Assembly: GCA_024679065.1 (NCBI GenBank)
Contig: JAGIQG010000005.1
Location: 122,140,001-122,204,000, forward strand
Source of the DNA: Sphyrna mokarran
Taxonomy: Eukaryota
DNA length: 64,000 nucleotides
Reading direction: 5' to 3'
Part shown: piece by piece, positions 62,287-64,000 of the stretch
Layout of the letters: every line of letters begins with the position of its first letter
Position numbering within the stretch: the stretch's first letter is position 1
The notes under the pieces: model-generated
Seen by the model: only the letters and a program-made list of their open reading frames with translations
Databases searched by the model: none
Told to the model about the DNA's origin: nothing
Translations under genes and position numbers: made by a program

Positions 62287-62449
62287 AAAACAGAATCATA
62301 AAACATTTATGCAGGATAGCAGCTTATGCCAGTTTTGTACAATGACTTGTACAATCACATCCAATATTTTTTTTCATTAGCATCAAATTTATTCAAACCT
62401 TTTGAGATTGGAAAGGAACATCACAAAAAACACAACTTGGCAGATTCAT

Positions 62450-62735
62450 TCAGTGGTACAGTGGTTAGCACTGCTGCCTCAACACCAGGGACCAGAGAAT
62501 TCCAGACTTGGATCACTGTCTATGCAGAGCGTGAACATTTTCCCCGTCTCTGCATAGGTTTCTTCCGGGTGCTCTGGTTTCCTCCCACAGGCCAAAAGAT
62601 ATGCTGGTTAGGTGCACTGGCCATGCTAAATTCTCCCCCAATGTACCCGAACAGATACTGAAATATGACGACTAGAGGACTTTCACAGTAACTTCATTGT
62701 AGTGTTAATGTATGTCAACTAATAATAAACTTTTA
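62450..62735 (+). mobile_element. V-SINE (type B tail)
   Basis: Homologous to 9840-10120. Confidence 0.85.
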
Positions 62736-62994
62736 AGATGCTATTCTATGAAGAGGTGTGTTTCTAACTTCATTTTCTTCACAGAGAAGGACTTTGTAAT
62801 CTATACTTTCACCAACAACTTGATCCATTTATTTCCTGTATATTTTGCAGGATTGTGGAGTTCTAGAAAAGCAAATGTATAATAACAAAAAAATTACTCA
62901 AAGTGCAGAAGAAAAAATTACTGAAGTGTGCTGCAGCAGGAAAGGTCAGGAAGATGGAAGAAACTGAAATTGAGAACTAAGTTCCTAAAATTGA

Positions 62995-63245
62995 AGTTTA
63001 TTAGTTACAAGTAAAGCTTACATTAACACTGCAATGAAGTTACTGTGAAACTCCCCTAGTGGCCATATTCCAGTACCTGTTCGGGTCAATGCAGCTAACC
63101 AGTATATGTCTTTTAGACCCGGGAGGAAACTGGAGTACCTGGAGGAAATCCACGCAAACAAGGCGAGAACATACACACAGTGACCCAAATTGGGAATTGA
63201 ACCTGGGTCCCTGGTGCTTTGAGGCAGCATTGTATATTACTGTGC
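62995..63245 (-). mobile_element. V-SINE (type B tail), inverted relative to 62450-62735
   Basis: Reverse complement of the same family. Confidence 0.85.
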
Positions 63246-64000
63246 CTGAAGTCAACTGTTCAGGATATAAAGGGTCAATCATTTTTGGAAAGGGTAGAGC
63301 TGTTGTCACTGCAGGTGCAATTTGTGGAGGTTAGAGGAAACGTTAGCTAGAAGCACATTACAAATGTTGAATCTAAACCAGGGAAGGGCACAGCCTGTAG
63401 TAAAACGAAGAAGCAGGGGCAGATGATGGCAATGTGGTAAAAGTGCAAGAACGAACTCTTGGTTACAGAACAATCCTGTTCATAGGTTTTGGTGCAATGA
63501 AGTTTGCACGTCCTGTGGTAGTTGGTGTTACTTGAACTCTTGACCATATCAAATCCCATATTGTTCCATTCACCAATTTCTTTTCCTTGTCAATCATCAC
63601 TGGCTCCCAGTTTTTCAGTATAAGATTTCAAAATCCTCACTTTAAAACCCCTTGCCAATTTCACTTCTCCCTAACTTCACAACCTTCTTGCATTCCACCT
63701 CTGCATCATGAACTGATCTACTGCACATTCTCTTCCTTCACACCATCTCCTATTCTGGCTCTGCTCTTTTCTACCAAATGGCACAGATTTAAGCCAAATT
63801 GTTCTCACATCCCAAAACTTCCTCAGTCTTGCTACAAATATTCCCATTTTCGAAGGCTCCCCTTGTGACAATTCTAACATCCACCGTCCTTGCCATTCTC
63901 CCCAGTTTTGCTTGACCTGACCCCAAAATTAAATGCTTTGGGATATAAAAAGCTGTTAATGGTGCTACATAAATAAAAGTGTTCTTACATAGTTCAAAAT

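Overview
Vertebrate genomic DNA, almost certainly a shark (elasmobranch SINE, CR1, Rex1 and Penelope repertoire). Two genes lie tail-to-tail. The last two coding exons of vitrin (VIT, second VWA domain) are on + at 1-230 and 2355-2533. Striatin (STRN) exons 4-18 (human numbering, from recall) are on - from 59138 down to the stop at 25873-25875, all GT-AG and in frame, followed by a ~2.5 kb largely repeat-free 3' UTR; exons 1-3 lie beyond the window. Most supplied ORFs are spurious or TE-derived. The intergenic DNA and introns are dense with transposon relics. The most notable observations are: (1) a young multi-copy CR1 LINE whose ~510-bp 3' UTR contains a degenerate V-SINE; (2) a fragmented Gmr1-like Gypsy element with integrase upstream of RT at ~8.9-17 kb; (3) five short-range templated duplications or inversions; (4) candidate stop-containing (poison) exons in STRN introns 7 and 10; (5) a perfect 14-bp complementarity between STRN exon 15 and the exon 14 donor site. 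Family names and homologies were assigned by eye, not by search, and repeat boundaries are approximate. No CRISPR, rRNA or intact tRNA gene was seen.
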